A DNA stretch of 47,900 nucleotides from Aestuariivirga sp. (GCA_043779145.1 JAYWEV010000241.1:1-47900), one strand, 5' to 3'. Positions 9,242 through 18,645 are shown, numbered from the stretch's first letter. A program made the numbers and translations. The notes: generated from the letters alone by a model not told the origin.

Positions 9242-11115
9242 ACACTCATTTGCATGCCTAACTCGACTACGCGGTCAGGCGGGATACGGAAGAATTCAAC
9301 AGCACGCGAAGATTGGCCTGCTAACATTACAAAGATGCGTTGTTGCCAAGATGGCATGGCGGAATTTGCCGAAGCTTTTATGACGCGCCTACCAAGAAAA
9401 TATGATGCTTGGCGCGGATCGACATCAAGTCCGAACGGTGCGCATGCACGCAATACGGCGGGCACATCAGGTTGTTCCATATATCCGAACTTGGCATTGA
9501 CGAACCATGCACCGAGCGGGCCTTGTTTAACAATCACGTTTTCATCATCTGCGCGTGGCTTATCGACTGTTTCGATTGACACGAATATGAGCTTGTCATG
9601 CAAAACCCGGTTATGTTTTAGATTATGCATCAGCGCACTTGGAGCGTATTTTTTATCGGTTTGCAGAAAAACGGCAGCACCCGCCACACGTGATGGTGGG
9701 TGGCGCTCGAGGCTTTCGAGCACGCCAATGAGTTCAACAGACTCCCGGTTATATTTCGAGATGAGTAGATTACGCCCACGCATCCATGTGGCCATTATCA
9801 CGACGAGCACTAAACCAATCAAAACCGGCAGATAGCCACCGGATGCAAACTTCAAACTGTTGGCAATCAAGAAAACGCACTCAACAAAGAATATGCACAA
9901 CAAAGCAGGAATAACCAAAACGCGCGGAAGTGCTTTTGAGTACCAAAAATAAACGATGGCCAGCGCGTTGTTTACTAACATCGCCACATTAACTGCTATG
10001 CCGTAGGCAGAGGCAAGACCATCTGAAGATTTAAAAACCAGTACCAACATAATGACGCCGATTAACAGCATCCAGTTAATGGTTCCAATATAGATCTGAC
10101 CTTGCTCTTGCTCACTGGTATGCGAGATGCCCATGCGGGGAATGAGATTGAGTGACATTGCTTGCTGCGCGATTGAATAAGCACCGGTGATGACTGCTTG
10201 GCTGGCGATGATCGTTACAAGTGTTGCAAGAATGACCAACGGTACCAGCGCCCATGGTGGAGCCATGAGGAAGAAAGGATTTTCCATGGCCGCGGGGTTT
10301 GTTAAAACAAATGCGCCTTGACCTAGGTAGTTTAAAAGAAGGCCGGGGAACGCGACTAAAAGCCAAGCGAGTCGAATTGGCTTTTTGCCAAAATGGCCCA
10401 TGTCTGCATAAAGGGCTTCACCACCTGTTACCGCTAGAAACACACCACCAAAAACCAATAGAGCTAAACCGGGGCGCTCAAGCAGCATGTGAATTCCGTA
10501 ATAGGGGTTAATTGCCATAAAAATAGCTGGGTCTTCAATGATGTGAACCAGCCCCATAATGCCGATTGCCACAAACCAAAAAGCTGTGACGGGTGCAAAA
10601 ATTTTAGCAACGTTTTCAGTTCCGCGATACTGAACGAAAAACAGAGCGCTTAAAACTGTAAGCGCAATCGGCAAAACAAAATTGCTGAAAGAGGGATTAA
10701 TGAGGCTCAACCCTTCAACGGCTGACAGAACGGATATTGCTGGCGTTATCATAGCATCGCCAAAGAAAAATGCCGAACCCACAATTCCAAGGGCAAGAAT
10801 ATAGCCGCTTTTTTTGTTTAAGATATTTTGAAGCAAAGCAACCTGAGAAAGAATGCCGCCTTCACCGTGATTGTCTGCACGCATGATAATGACCACGTAT
10901 TTCAGCGTGACGATGAGGAGCAACGCCCATATCAGAAGTGAGACCACGCCCAAAACAGCTAGGCGTATATCGCCGCCTGCTGAAACGACTGGGCGCAAAG
11001 CCTCACGCATTGTATAAAGCGGGCTTGTTCCGATATCGCCAAAAACAACACCAATGGAAGCAAAAGCCATTTTGGTGGTGCCGTTTCTGGGATTGATAGT
11101 GGTGTGGGAAGTCAT
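9238..11115 (-). CDS. kup: KUP/HAK/KT potassium transporter
   Basis: GVVFGDIGTSPLY, ADNHGEGG, GDAMITPAISVLSAVEG, EALYADMGHFG. Start is ATG 11115 or GTG 11139. Confidence 0.96.
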   Translation of the reverse strand: MTSHTTINPRNGTTKMAFASIGVVFGDIGTSPLYTMREALRPVVSAGGDIRLAVLGVVSLLIWALLLIVTLKYVVIIMRADNHGEGGILSQVALLQNILNKKSGYILALGIVGSAFFFGDAMITPAISVLSAVEGLSLINPSFSNFVLPIALTVLSALFFVQYRGTENVAKIFAPVTAFWFVAIGIMGLVHIIEDPAIFMAINPYYGIHMLLERPGLALLVFGGVFLAVTGGEALYADMGHFGKKPIRLAWLLVAFPGLLLNYLGQGAFVLTNPAAMENPFFLMAPPWALVPLVILATLVTIIASQAVITGAYSIAQQAMSLNLIPRMGISHTSEQEQGQIYIGTINWMLLIGVIMLVLVFKSSDGLASAYGIAVNVAMLVNNALAIVYFWYSKALPRVLVIPALLCIFFVECVFLIANSLKFASGGYLPVLIGLVLVVIMATWMRGRNLLISKYNRESVELIGVLESLERHPPSRVAGAAVFLQTDKKYAPSALMHNLKHNRVLHDKLIFVSIETVDKPRADDENVIVKQGPLGAWFVNAKFGYMEQPDVPAVLRACAPFGLDVDPRQASYFLGRRVIKASANSAMPSWQQRIFVMLAGQSSRAVEFFRIPPDRVVELGMQMSV

Positions 11116-11208
11116 GATCTTGGCTCTTAATCTAGGCACAAAAAAGCGGCCATGGATAAAGGAATATGCTGTGTTGTACCGATAATCAAGTGGCCTACTA
11201 TCGGCCTA

Positions 11209-13092
11209 CTATATGCTCATTTGCATGCCAAGTTCGACGACCCGGTCAGGCGGAATTCGGAAGAACTCAACCGCGCGAGCTGATTGGTTGACCAACATAA
11301 TAAATATCCGCTGTTGCCAAAATGGCATTGATGAACGGGCGGACATTTTTATCAATCGACGGCCTAAGAAATAGGAGGCTTGGCCAGGATCAATCTCTAG
11401 GCCTTTATCAGCACAAGCACGGAGTGCGGCAGGTACATCTGGCTGTTCCATGTAGCCAAATTTTGCTTCAACAAGCCAAGCGCCCAATGGACCTTGCTTA
11501 ACCTCAACACGTTCTTCTTCCCAACGTGGTTGCTTTACAGTTTCAACTGATATGAAAACTAATTTATCGTGGAGGACGCGGTTGTGCTTTAAGTTGTGCA
11601 TCAATGCGCTGGGAGCGAATTTGATATCGGTTTGGAGGAACACCGCAGCGCCAGCCACGCGAGCTGGTTGACGGCGCTCTAGGGTTTCTAGCAGTCCAAT
11701 AAGTTCAATTGACTCAAGGTTCAGTTTTTTGGCTAAGGCGCGACGGCCGCGCAACCACGTCAACATCAAGAGTATTATGGTTGCGCCAATGAGCACTGGC
11801 ATATAGCCGCCATGCAAAAGCTTCAGCATATTAGCCGCATATAGCATCGCTTCGACAAAAAAGATGAATATCAAAAGTGGAATTGCAATAACACGTGGGA
11901 GATTTCGCGATGTCCAGAAGAACACAATACCTAAAATCGTATCAACCAACATTGATGTGTTAACGGCAATGCCATAGGCGGAGGCAAGGTTGGATGAGGT
12001 TTGAAAGACCATAACCAATATCAACACGCCTGCCATAATCAGCCAATTGATCTGACCTACATAGATTTGGCCTTCTTCAGTTTCGCTCGTGTGGACAATA
12101 TTCATCCGTGGGAAAAGGCCCAATGCCACTGCTTGTTGGGCAATAGAAAACGCGCCAGTGATGACAGCTTGGCTAGCGATGATAGCAACCAGGGTTGCCA
12201 AAATAACCAATGCAGGCAGTGCCCACTGTGGTGCCATAAGAAAAAATGGGTCTTGGATTGCCTCTGGATGGGCGATGATAAATGCACCTTGACCAAGATA
12301 ATTCAGTACAAGGCCTGGCAACACGACAGCTAGCCATGCCATGCGAATGGGATTTTTGCCAAAGTGACCCAAGTCTGCATACAGCGCCTCACCGCCCGTA
12401 ACTGCTAGAAAAACACCGCCAAATACGAGGAGCGCTAAACCCGGCTGTCGCACCAACATCATAATGCCGTGAGAAGGGTTTAACGCATTAAATATTTCAA
12501 GGTCATCGCTGATATGAATCAAACCTAAAATTCCGAGAAGCAAAAACCAAACCATCGTGACCGGTGCAAAAATAGAAGCAACGCCGGCTGTACCTTTGTA
12601 CTGAAAAGTGAAAAGGCAAACGATCACTGCAACAGTCATCGGTACGACGAAGGGTTTAAACCCAGAGTTTATGATACTTAAGCCTTCGATCGCAGAAAGT
12701 ACGGTCATTGCTGGTGTGATCATGGCATCGCCAAAGAAAAATGCGGCGCCTACAATACCGAGGCCCAAAACAATCCCGCCTTTACGCTTTAACAAAGTTT
12801 CAACAAGCACGACCAAAGATAGAATGCCGCCTTCGCCACGGTTATCAGCACGCATCAACAAGATCACATATTTAAGTGTGACGATTATAAAAATTGCCCA
12901 GAGTAAAAGAGAAACAACGCCAATCACGGCCAAGCGCAGATCACCACCTGCAGCTACAACGGGGTGAAGCGCTTCTCGCATTGTGTAAATAGGGCTTGTG
13001 CCGACATCGCCAAAAACCACGCCAATCGAAGCAAAGGCGAGCTTTAATTGCGCACGATCAAATGTGCCAGTTGATTCAGCATGTGCAGACAT
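11209..13092 (-). CDS. kup: KUP/HAK/KT potassium transporter (tandem paralog)
   Basis: GVVFGDVGTSPIY, ADNRGEGG, EALYADLGHFG. Confidence 0.96.
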   Translation of the reverse strand: MSAHAESTGTFDRAQLKLAFASIGVVFGDVGTSPIYTMREALHPVVAAGGDLRLAVIGVVSLLLWAIFIIVTLKYVILLMRADNRGEGGILSLVVLVETLLKRKGGIVLGLGIVGAAFFFGDAMITPAMTVLSAIEGLSIINSGFKPFVVPMTVAVIVCLFTFQYKGTAGVASIFAPVTMVWFLLLGILGLIHISDDLEIFNALNPSHGIMMLVRQPGLALLVFGGVFLAVTGGEALYADLGHFGKNPIRMAWLAVVLPGLVLNYLGQGAFIIAHPEAIQDPFFLMAPQWALPALVILATLVAIIASQAVITGAFSIAQQAVALGLFPRMNIVHTSETEEGQIYVGQINWLIMAGVLILVMVFQTSSNLASAYGIAVNTSMLVDTILGIVFFWTSRNLPRVIAIPLLIFIFFVEAMLYAANMLKLLHGGYMPVLIGATIILLMLTWLRGRRALAKKLNLESIELIGLLETLERRQPARVAGAAVFLQTDIKFAPSALMHNLKHNRVLHDKLVFISVETVKQPRWEEERVEVKQGPLGAWLVEAKFGYMEQPDVPAALRACADKGLEIDPGQASYFLGRRLIKMSARSSMPFWQQRIFIMLVNQSARAVEFFRIPPDRVVELGMQMSI

Positions 13093-13139
13093 GAATAGAC
13101 CCCCGGTCGGGCGCTATGCCCCGCTGCACGTCGCTGCCT

Positions 13140-14117
13140 TTATGGCGCTGTTGCAACGGCGCGGCATTCAGCAGGAAGGCCAGTGAGAGTCAAGGGGGGC
13201 GGCGGTATGTAGGGCTTGGCATTCGGGTCAGGTTTTGGTTTTTTATAAGCTTCACCGCTCATCCAATAGGCCAGTTCTTTTCCGCAGCCCGTGCCGTCTG
13301 ACGGATTTGGCTTCCATTGGTTTTTACAGCTCTTCATACCCGATGGGCAATTTAGGCGAATATGGAAGTGGAAGGTATGACCTTTGAGTGGTCTGATTTT
13401 GGCTAGCCAAGAATTATCTGGATCATTCGCTGCCCAACTACACAATGCGGCTTTAATTGGTGGATGCACAAAAATGCGGGCGACCTCGGGGTAGGACGCT
13501 GCTGTTTTCAAAAGTTTTGCACGCTCCGTCGACCAATTATCGCGGTTGATTTGATAATGGTTTTTGACCATTTCGAGCGGCACCATGGTTTCGCGCTCTT
13601 GCAAGGTCATCACATGATCGGGCATCGGTGTGAACCAAATGTCGGCGTCTAGACCTGTTTGGTGGCTGGCATGACCGGTTAGCATCGGGCCACCGCGTGG
13701 TTGTGCCATGTCGCCTACCAGCAATCCGCTCCAGCCGAAATTGACATTCGCATCATTGGCTAATCTTTCGACCAACGCTATCGTTTGAGGCAAAGCATAA
13801 TTACGGTGCCGTTTGAGTCGCATAACTTGCCAGGTTGGCCCAGTAATTGGCAAAGTTTTAGCGCCCGCCATGCACCCCAATGCATAGGTGCCAATTGCAC
13901 TGGCAGGGGCTAAATCTGGCATTTTGAACCTTCCAAAAACTTTCTTCGCAGGTACTGTGTTTATGTTTTGAGGCGTGATGATGGGCGTGGTCGAATCTGT
14001 TGTGATGTTTACAGAATCAGATTGTTCGATTGCTGTTTGACTTAGCGCAACTTGCCCAGCCATAAGCAACACAGTCAAAGCTGCAAACACCGCCAGTTTA
14101 TTTTTTACGGAAAGCAT
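13140..14117 (-). CDS. mepA: Penicillin-insensitive murein endopeptidase
   Basis: Signal peptide; GDMAQPRGGPMLTGHASHQTGLDADIW; HFHIRL.C. Confidence 0.93.
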   Translation of the reverse strand: MLSVKNKLAVFAALTVLLMAGQVALSQTAIEQSDSVNITTDSTTPIITPQNINTVPAKKVFGRFKMPDLAPASAIGTYALGCMAGAKTLPITGPTWQVMRLKRHRNYALPQTIALVERLANDANVNFGWSGLLVGDMAQPRGGPMLTGHASHQTGLDADIWFTPMPDHVMTLQERETMVPLEMVKNHYQINRDNWSTERAKLLKTAASYPEVARIFVHPPIKAALCSWAANDPDNSWLAKIRPLKGHTFHFHIRLNCPSGMKSCKNQWKPNPSDGTGCGKELAYWMSGEAYKKPKPDPNAKPYIPPPPLTLTGLPAECRAVATAP

Positions 14118-14613
14118 CTAGAGAAACAACCTTTGGAGCACCGTCTGATTTTTCATCAACACCAGAATCTGATGGCTTTTCTGTGGAAGGAACAATCGTA
14201 TTAAGTTCGGCGATCTTTTTTGCCTTCTGTTCGGCGGCTGCTTCTGCTGACTCGGCAACCACGACCTCAAACTGCAAACCAAATTGCACTGCTGGATCAA
14301 GAAAACCCTTCACTGATGCGAATGGCACAATCAATCTTTCCGGAATGTTGTCAAACGATAACTCAACCTGAAACCGTTCTTCAGTCACTTGCAAGTTAAA
14401 AAACTGATGTTGGAGCACGACCGTCATCTCGCGTGGGTAACGCTCAGCCAATCTAGCACCAATGTTCACACCCGGATACTTAGTGTTGAACTGAATGTAG
14501 AAATGATGCTCCCCGGGCAAGCCTGATTTTTCGACACGGCGCAGAGCATCACGCACCACCCCGCGCAGGGCGTTTTGGGCAAGCTGATCATAGCGCATCA
14601 GGTCTTCAGGCAT
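14098..14613 (-). CDS. sspB: ClpXP adaptor SspB (alphaproteobacterial type)
   Basis: LPGEHHFYI.F.T, YPREMTVVLQHQF, C-terminal VVSLDAFRKK ClpX-binding motif. Confidence 0.95.
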   Translation of the reverse strand: MPEDLMRYDQLAQNALRGVVRDALRRVEKSGLPGEHHFYIQFNTKYPGVNIGARLAERYPREMTVVLQHQFFNLQVTEERFQVELSFDNIPERLIVPFASVKGFLDPAVQFGLQFEVVVAESAEAAAEQKAKKIAELNTIVPSTEKPSDSGVDEKSDGAPKVVSLDAFRKK

Positions 14614-14673
14614 TCAGTTCTCGCAGTTAAATTCGACTCAAGGCTGCAACATAGCCGTATGGATGGGGGCTTG

Positions 14674-15207
14674 TCACGCTTTGGTGGATTTGGTTTTGCG
14701 CGGCTTGGTTTTCACGAGCACAGCTTCTGGTGGTTTATGATTGGCAACTGCTTGGGCTTGCCGGATTAGTATCTGATCGACGAAGGCCGTGAATTCTGGG
14801 TTGAAACGATTTTTTACTAACAGCCAAGCCGCCTGGGTGCCGGGGGTTGAAAAGAATGCATCCATATCGCCGGATATTGCTTTCCAATCATTGTCTCGCA
14901 ATGTGCCGATCTTGAGCTGGAACCATGCGTTTGCGAAACCACCCACATAACCCATGATAAGGAAGCGGAAGCGGGCTTTTTCAACGCGGCTAAGTGAGAA
15001 AAAATCATCCATGCCGCGTAATACAATGTCTGTCGTTTCTCCATTATGCGCCATGCTGAACCAACCTTGCAAATTAATGATGCTGAGTTGCTGGTACGTT
15101 GCGGCGCGAAGTGCGCGGGCATTGTTGCGGATTTGAATGCCGACATAAATCATCGAGGCAATGACGCCAATGCCGCCTAAGATTTGCAAGGTTTCTTGTA
15201 GTGTCAT
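14674..15207 (-). CDS. Hypothetical protein with N-terminal TM anchor (paralog of the next gene)
   Basis: Intact ORF with ATGA coupling to the upstream paralog; GVIASMIYVGIQIRNN motif. Confidence 0.8.
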   Translation of the reverse strand: MTLQETLQILGGIGVIASMIYVGIQIRNNARALRAATYQQLSIINLQGWFSMAHNGETTDIVLRGMDDFFSLSRVEKARFRFLIMGYVGGFANAWFQLKIGTLRDNDWKAISGDMDAFFSTPGTQAAWLLVKNRFNPEFTAFVDQILIRQAQAVANHKPPEAVLVKTKPRKTKSTKA

Positions 15208-15719
15208 TTTTTCACCTTGCGCTTTGCTGGCGGAACAGGAGGTGGCGGCGGGGCGGCCGCCGCTTGGCGTTTGGAAACCTCATCAACATATTTGCGAAAT
15301 TCTACGCTTGAGCGGTTCTTGATTCCGTCCCACGCCATGCGCGTGCCTGGGTAATTAGCAAAAAGTGAATCCATATCGTAAGCGATGGCATGCCAGTCAG
15401 TTTCCTTCAGCACGCCAACCTTGTATTGGAACCAGGCATTTTCAAATCGACGCATTGCCGCCATCACAAATAAATAGTAGCGCGACAATTCAACATTATC
15501 GTCAAGGCTTGCAAAGTCTTTTCCGCCGCGCAGCATCACAGACAATGTTTCAGGATTATGTGCTAGGCCCTCCCAATGGCTGATGAAGGAATTAGATACT
15601 TGATTATACGTCGAGGCTCGCACAGCCCGTGCGTTGTTGCGGATTTGAATGCCGACATAAATCATCGAGGCAATGACGCCGAGGCCACCGAGGATTTGCG
15701 CTAGTTCTTGGAGGGTCAT
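15204..15719 (-). CDS. Hypothetical protein with N-terminal TM anchor
   Basis: Colinear with 14674-15207 (shared FxNAWFQxKxGxL); Pro/Lys-rich tail. Confidence 0.8.
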   Translation of the reverse strand: MTLQELAQILGGLGVIASMIYVGIQIRNNARAVRASTYNQVSNSFISHWEGLAHNPETLSVMLRGGKDFASLDDNVELSRYYLFVMAAMRRFENAWFQYKVGVLKETDWHAIAYDMDSLFANYPGTRMAWDGIKNRSSVEFRKYVDEVSKRQAAAAPPPPPVPPAKRKVKK

Positions 15720-15728
15720 GGTTCGTAG

Positions 15729-15890
15729 TTATTCATGATTTACGCCTGATGGCAAGCGTTCAAGTCGCTCGGCGACCAGCTCTTGTAGGCGCCACAGATG
15801 TGGGTCATGCACACCTGCCTTTTCCAATTCGGTGATCGTGTTCAAAAGATAGTCTGCCATTGTCCCGACGTGACCGACCGATGATGCGAG
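15729..15890 (-). pseudogene. 3' remnant of a ChaC-like gamma-glutamylcyclotransferase
   Basis: LASSVGHVGTMADYLLNTITELEKAGVHDPHLWRLQELVA resembles the ChaC C-terminus. No 5' part is present. Confidence 0.65.
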
Positions 15891-17316
15891 GCTGTCGGTC
15901 GCCTTGCCTTGGGTATGTATCAAGGCTGCGCATGACCTGGCCGGGATTGAAGTTTTCCGGTTCAATCCAAGGTTTATGTGGCATGTCCCGGTCTTCTTCG
16001 CGCAGTGTCGGGGTGACAGAGGTTGTTCTCTGTGCATCCATATAATCGAGCAATCGGCAGACATGGCGAGAAAACAAGTCTGCCCGCAATGTCCAGCTTG
16101 ACCTGAGATAACCAAAGACAGCCGCGAAATTCGGCAGACCCGTGAACATGATGCCGAGATGCGTCGTAGATTGCGCGGGATCAAAGCGTTGACCGTCAAC
16201 TTCAACCACGATGTCGCCGAACAGGCACATGGTGAGGCCCGTGGCTGTCACGATGATGTCAGCCGCAACGTCCTTACCGGATTGAAGGCGCAAGCCCGTC
16301 TCAGTAAAACATTCGATCTGGTCAGTCAGAACTTCGGCCTTGCCCTCCCGGATCGCGATATAAAAATCGCCATCGGGTATCATGGCCAAGCGCTGCCGCC
16401 ATGGCATGTATTTGGGCGTGAAATGAGTGGCAATGTCATAGTCGTCGCCCAGATATTTGCGGGCAGCACCAATGAGGTCAGCGGCCAGTGCTTCCGGTTC
16501 TTCGAGGGAGCGTTTGCGCGTGGTCTGGCTGATCAACAGGAAATGCCGGCACATGATCTCGTGATACCATTCGGCGGGCAAATCCAGTTTGCTCAGCATG
16601 GTGTTGAAGGCGTCCATTGTGGGACGCGGGTAATAGTAAGTGGGAGAGCGTTGGATCATGGTCACATGTGCAGCCTTTTCCGCCAAGGCTGGAACAAGGG
16701 TGGCCGCCGTTGCGCCAGAACCGATGACCACAACATGTTTACCCGTATAGTGGAGGTCTTCTGGCCAATTCTGCGGATGGATGACTTGGCCTTTATAGGC
16801 GCTGATGGTTGGCCAGTCTGGCGTGAAGCCTTTGGCGTGCCGGAAATAGCCAGCGCACATCCATAGAAAGCCGCAGGTCATTTTGGTCGGTGTCACATCT
16901 TCTCCGCGACGGAGTGTGAGGGTCCAGCGCTGCGTTGTGCTGGACCACTCGGCCATTTCAATGCGTAGGTTGAACCGGATGTTCCGACCGATGTCATTCT
17001 CTGCGACGGCTTCGTTCAAGTATTGCAGAATCTCCGCACCCGTGCCGATGGGAACGCCTGTCCAGGGTTTCCAACTGAATCCAAATGTGAAGAGGTCACT
17101 GTCCGAACGAACCCCCGGAAATGTATGGGTCACCCAAGTTCCACCAATCTTCGATCCAGCCTCAAGAATGGCATAGCCTGTGCCAGGGCGAAGTTTTCCA
17201 AGGTGATAAGCAGCGTCGATTCCGGAGATGCCTGCGCCGATGATCAAGACGTCGAAATGTTCGGGTGAGTTAGGATCGGAGTCTTGCTCCAATTGATTTC
17301 TACTTTTTTCCATCAT
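15805..17316 (-). CDS. Flavin-containing (Baeyer-Villiger/EthA-like) monooxygenase with an aberrant C-terminus
   Basis: DVLIIGAGISG, GGTW...FPGVRSDSD, IHPQNW, VVVIGSGATA, IIVTATG. After GDRQP it reads into the chaC remnant out of frame. Confidence 0.88.
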   Translation of the reverse strand: MMEKSRNQLEQDSDPNSPEHFDVLIIGAGISGIDAAYHLGKLRPGTGYAILEAGSKIGGTWVTHTFPGVRSDSDLFTFGFSWKPWTGVPIGTGAEILQYLNEAVAENDIGRNIRFNLRIEMAEWSSTTQRWTLTLRRGEDVTPTKMTCGFLWMCAGYFRHAKGFTPDWPTISAYKGQVIHPQNWPEDLHYTGKHVVVIGSGATAATLVPALAEKAAHVTMIQRSPTYYYPRPTMDAFNTMLSKLDLPAEWYHEIMCRHFLLISQTTRKRSLEEPEALAADLIGAARKYLGDDYDIATHFTPKYMPWRQRLAMIPDGDFYIAIREGKAEVLTDQIECFTETGLRLQSGKDVAADIIVTATGLTMCLFGDIVVEVDGQRFDPAQSTTHLGIMFTGLPNFAAVFGYLRSSWTLRADLFSRHVCRLLDYMDAQRTTSVTPTLREEDRDMPHKPWIEPENFNPGQVMRSLDTYPRQGDRQPRIIGRSRRDNGRLSFEHDHRIGKGRCA

Positions 17317-17698
17317 TGCATCGCATTCAGGCTGCAGATCCGCACCAGCCATGCAGCCTCCGGACTGCGCTCGAACACGATCAGCGAAGTGCCATCGGCG
17401 GTGGCTGCTCCTTCCGAGAACTGGGCCAGCGCCCAAGCGAGTTGGTCGCCCCCACCAAAGTCCAGAATCTCGAACTTCTTGGCCGAAGGCTCCTCGGTCC
17501 AAATGCGGTGCAGGGCCTCGATCTCGGCTCGCCCGTGGGTCGGCGGCGCATAGTTGGAGTAGAGCGATGCACCCTCGGTGAACAGCGCAGCACAGGCTGC
17601 CGCATCCTGTACGGCGTAGCCCGTGCCATCTGGTTCAAGACGGCCTGTAGTTCGCCCCAAAGGCTATGGTTTACTTTGGATGTTGGGGTGGCAGTCAT
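17313..17698 (-). pseudogene. SnoaL/DUF4440 (NTF2-like) protein, frameshifted near 17620
   Basis: N-terminus MTATPT...LQAVLNQMAR in one frame continues as YAVQDAAACAALFTEGA...HGRAEI in another. Adding one base (ATG GCA CGG GC- TAC) restores the frame. Confidence 0.65.
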
Positions 17699-17726
17699 CG
17701 GCCGTCCTTTGTCTGTTGGAACAGGG

Positions 17727-17752
17727 CGCGGCGGACAGTATTGCCGCCGCGT
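17727..17752 (-). terminator. GC-rich hairpin downstream of the GYD gene
   Basis: CGCGGCGG...CCGCCGCG inverted repeat; no strong U-tract. Confidence 0.35.
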
Positions 17753-17761
17753 CGCGTCGTT

Positions 17762-18094
17762 TCAGGCGTGAGGTGCCTTGTAAGCCCCGGTGGCTTTGCC
17801 AGCCATAGCCATGGCGGCCATGGCGTCTGCCGCTGTCATCAGCTTTACAGTGGATGAACCAGAAACTGTTCCAGCGGATGCGACTGCTGCTGCGCAGGCC
17901 ATCACGATTTTATCATCTGGTGCCTCAATCAGGCAAATGACATCATATTGGCCAAAGGCAAAAAACAGGTGATGGAGTTTTCCGCCAAGGGCTTCAATGA
18001 GTTTTCGCGCGGCTGCTTCACGGTCTGTAGGGGTGGCGACCATCGCTTTGATGGCCTCTTTGGAATAGCTGAGTTGATAGAGATAGTAGGACAT
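17762..18094 (-). CDS. GYD domain-containing protein
   Basis: DRE.AARKLIEALGGKL...FAFGQYD; strong RBS AAGGAGG. Confidence 0.9.
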   Translation of the reverse strand: MSYYLYQLSYSKEAIKAMVATPTDREAAARKLIEALGGKLHHLFFAFGQYDVICLIEAPDDKIVMACAAAVASAGTVSGSSTVKLMTAADAMAAMAMAGKATGAYKAPHA

Positions 18095-18247
18095 GATACT
18101 TCCTCCTTCTCCAATTAGGGCCAGCCCCCGAGCTGCCTCCCAACATTATGTTTCGACCTAAACTGAAAAACCGCATGGCCAGCGGCTCGGCGTCGAGGCA
18201 GCAATTTTAGTTTATCGATATTCGAAAAATTTGAAAGAAAAAAGAAA

Positions 18248-18645
18248 GTGCTGGCTTCTGTTGCCAGGTGCCAGCGAACCCCGCCTAACGCTGCAAAGCG
18301 CTAGGGCTTAATTTCGGCATTTCGCACTGCTTACGCAGCGAGAGCAACCGGAGCATAGTTGTCATTTGCAACTACAAAATAGCCCGATAACGTCGGTACA
18401 ATCACGGGCAAAAAACCAACCTTTACGCCCTTGTCGATCCTGTTTCGCCCCCCTTAAAAGGCGGTTCCGAGCAGCGGCCTATCGCCAATCTAAGGAAATC
18501 GGCTTGCGGCCGTTTTCTTTCTCGACAAATTAGCCGGTTCTCAAGAGAACCGTCTTTGGTGGAGGCGCCGGGTACTGCCCCCGGGTCCAATAGGTTTATT
18601 GCGTTAGCCGTTTATCACCATAGTCAAACTGCCTTGCGACACCTG
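18248..18645 (-). ncRNA. ssrA: Two-piece (circularly permuted) tmRNA
   Basis: Acceptor piece ends GACCCGGGGGCAGTACCCGGCGCCTCCACCA at 18557. Coding piece starts GGGGGCGAAACAGGATCGAC at 18452 (G3:U pair in the acceptor stem). Tag ANDNYAPVALAA* at 18369-18331, after TAGTT. Outer ends approximate. Confidence 0.96.

Noticed and set aside
15805-17502. 565-aa ORF as a single long monooxygenase
   Set aside because: The first 62 aa or so overlap the SnoaL-like gene in another frame. The real start is the ATGA-coupled ATG at 17316.
18128-18202. Overlapping inverted repeats (GCTGCCTC/GAGGCAGC and CCGAGC/GCTCGG) upstream of the GYD gene as a possible riboswitch
   Set aside because: Short GC-rich stems with no recognisable aptamer motif or terminator.
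18557-18590. tRNA-like 3' end (T-arm plus CCA) as a stand-alone tRNA or prophage att site
   Set aside because: It is the acceptor piece of the permuted tmRNA. No second copy or integrase was found in the window.
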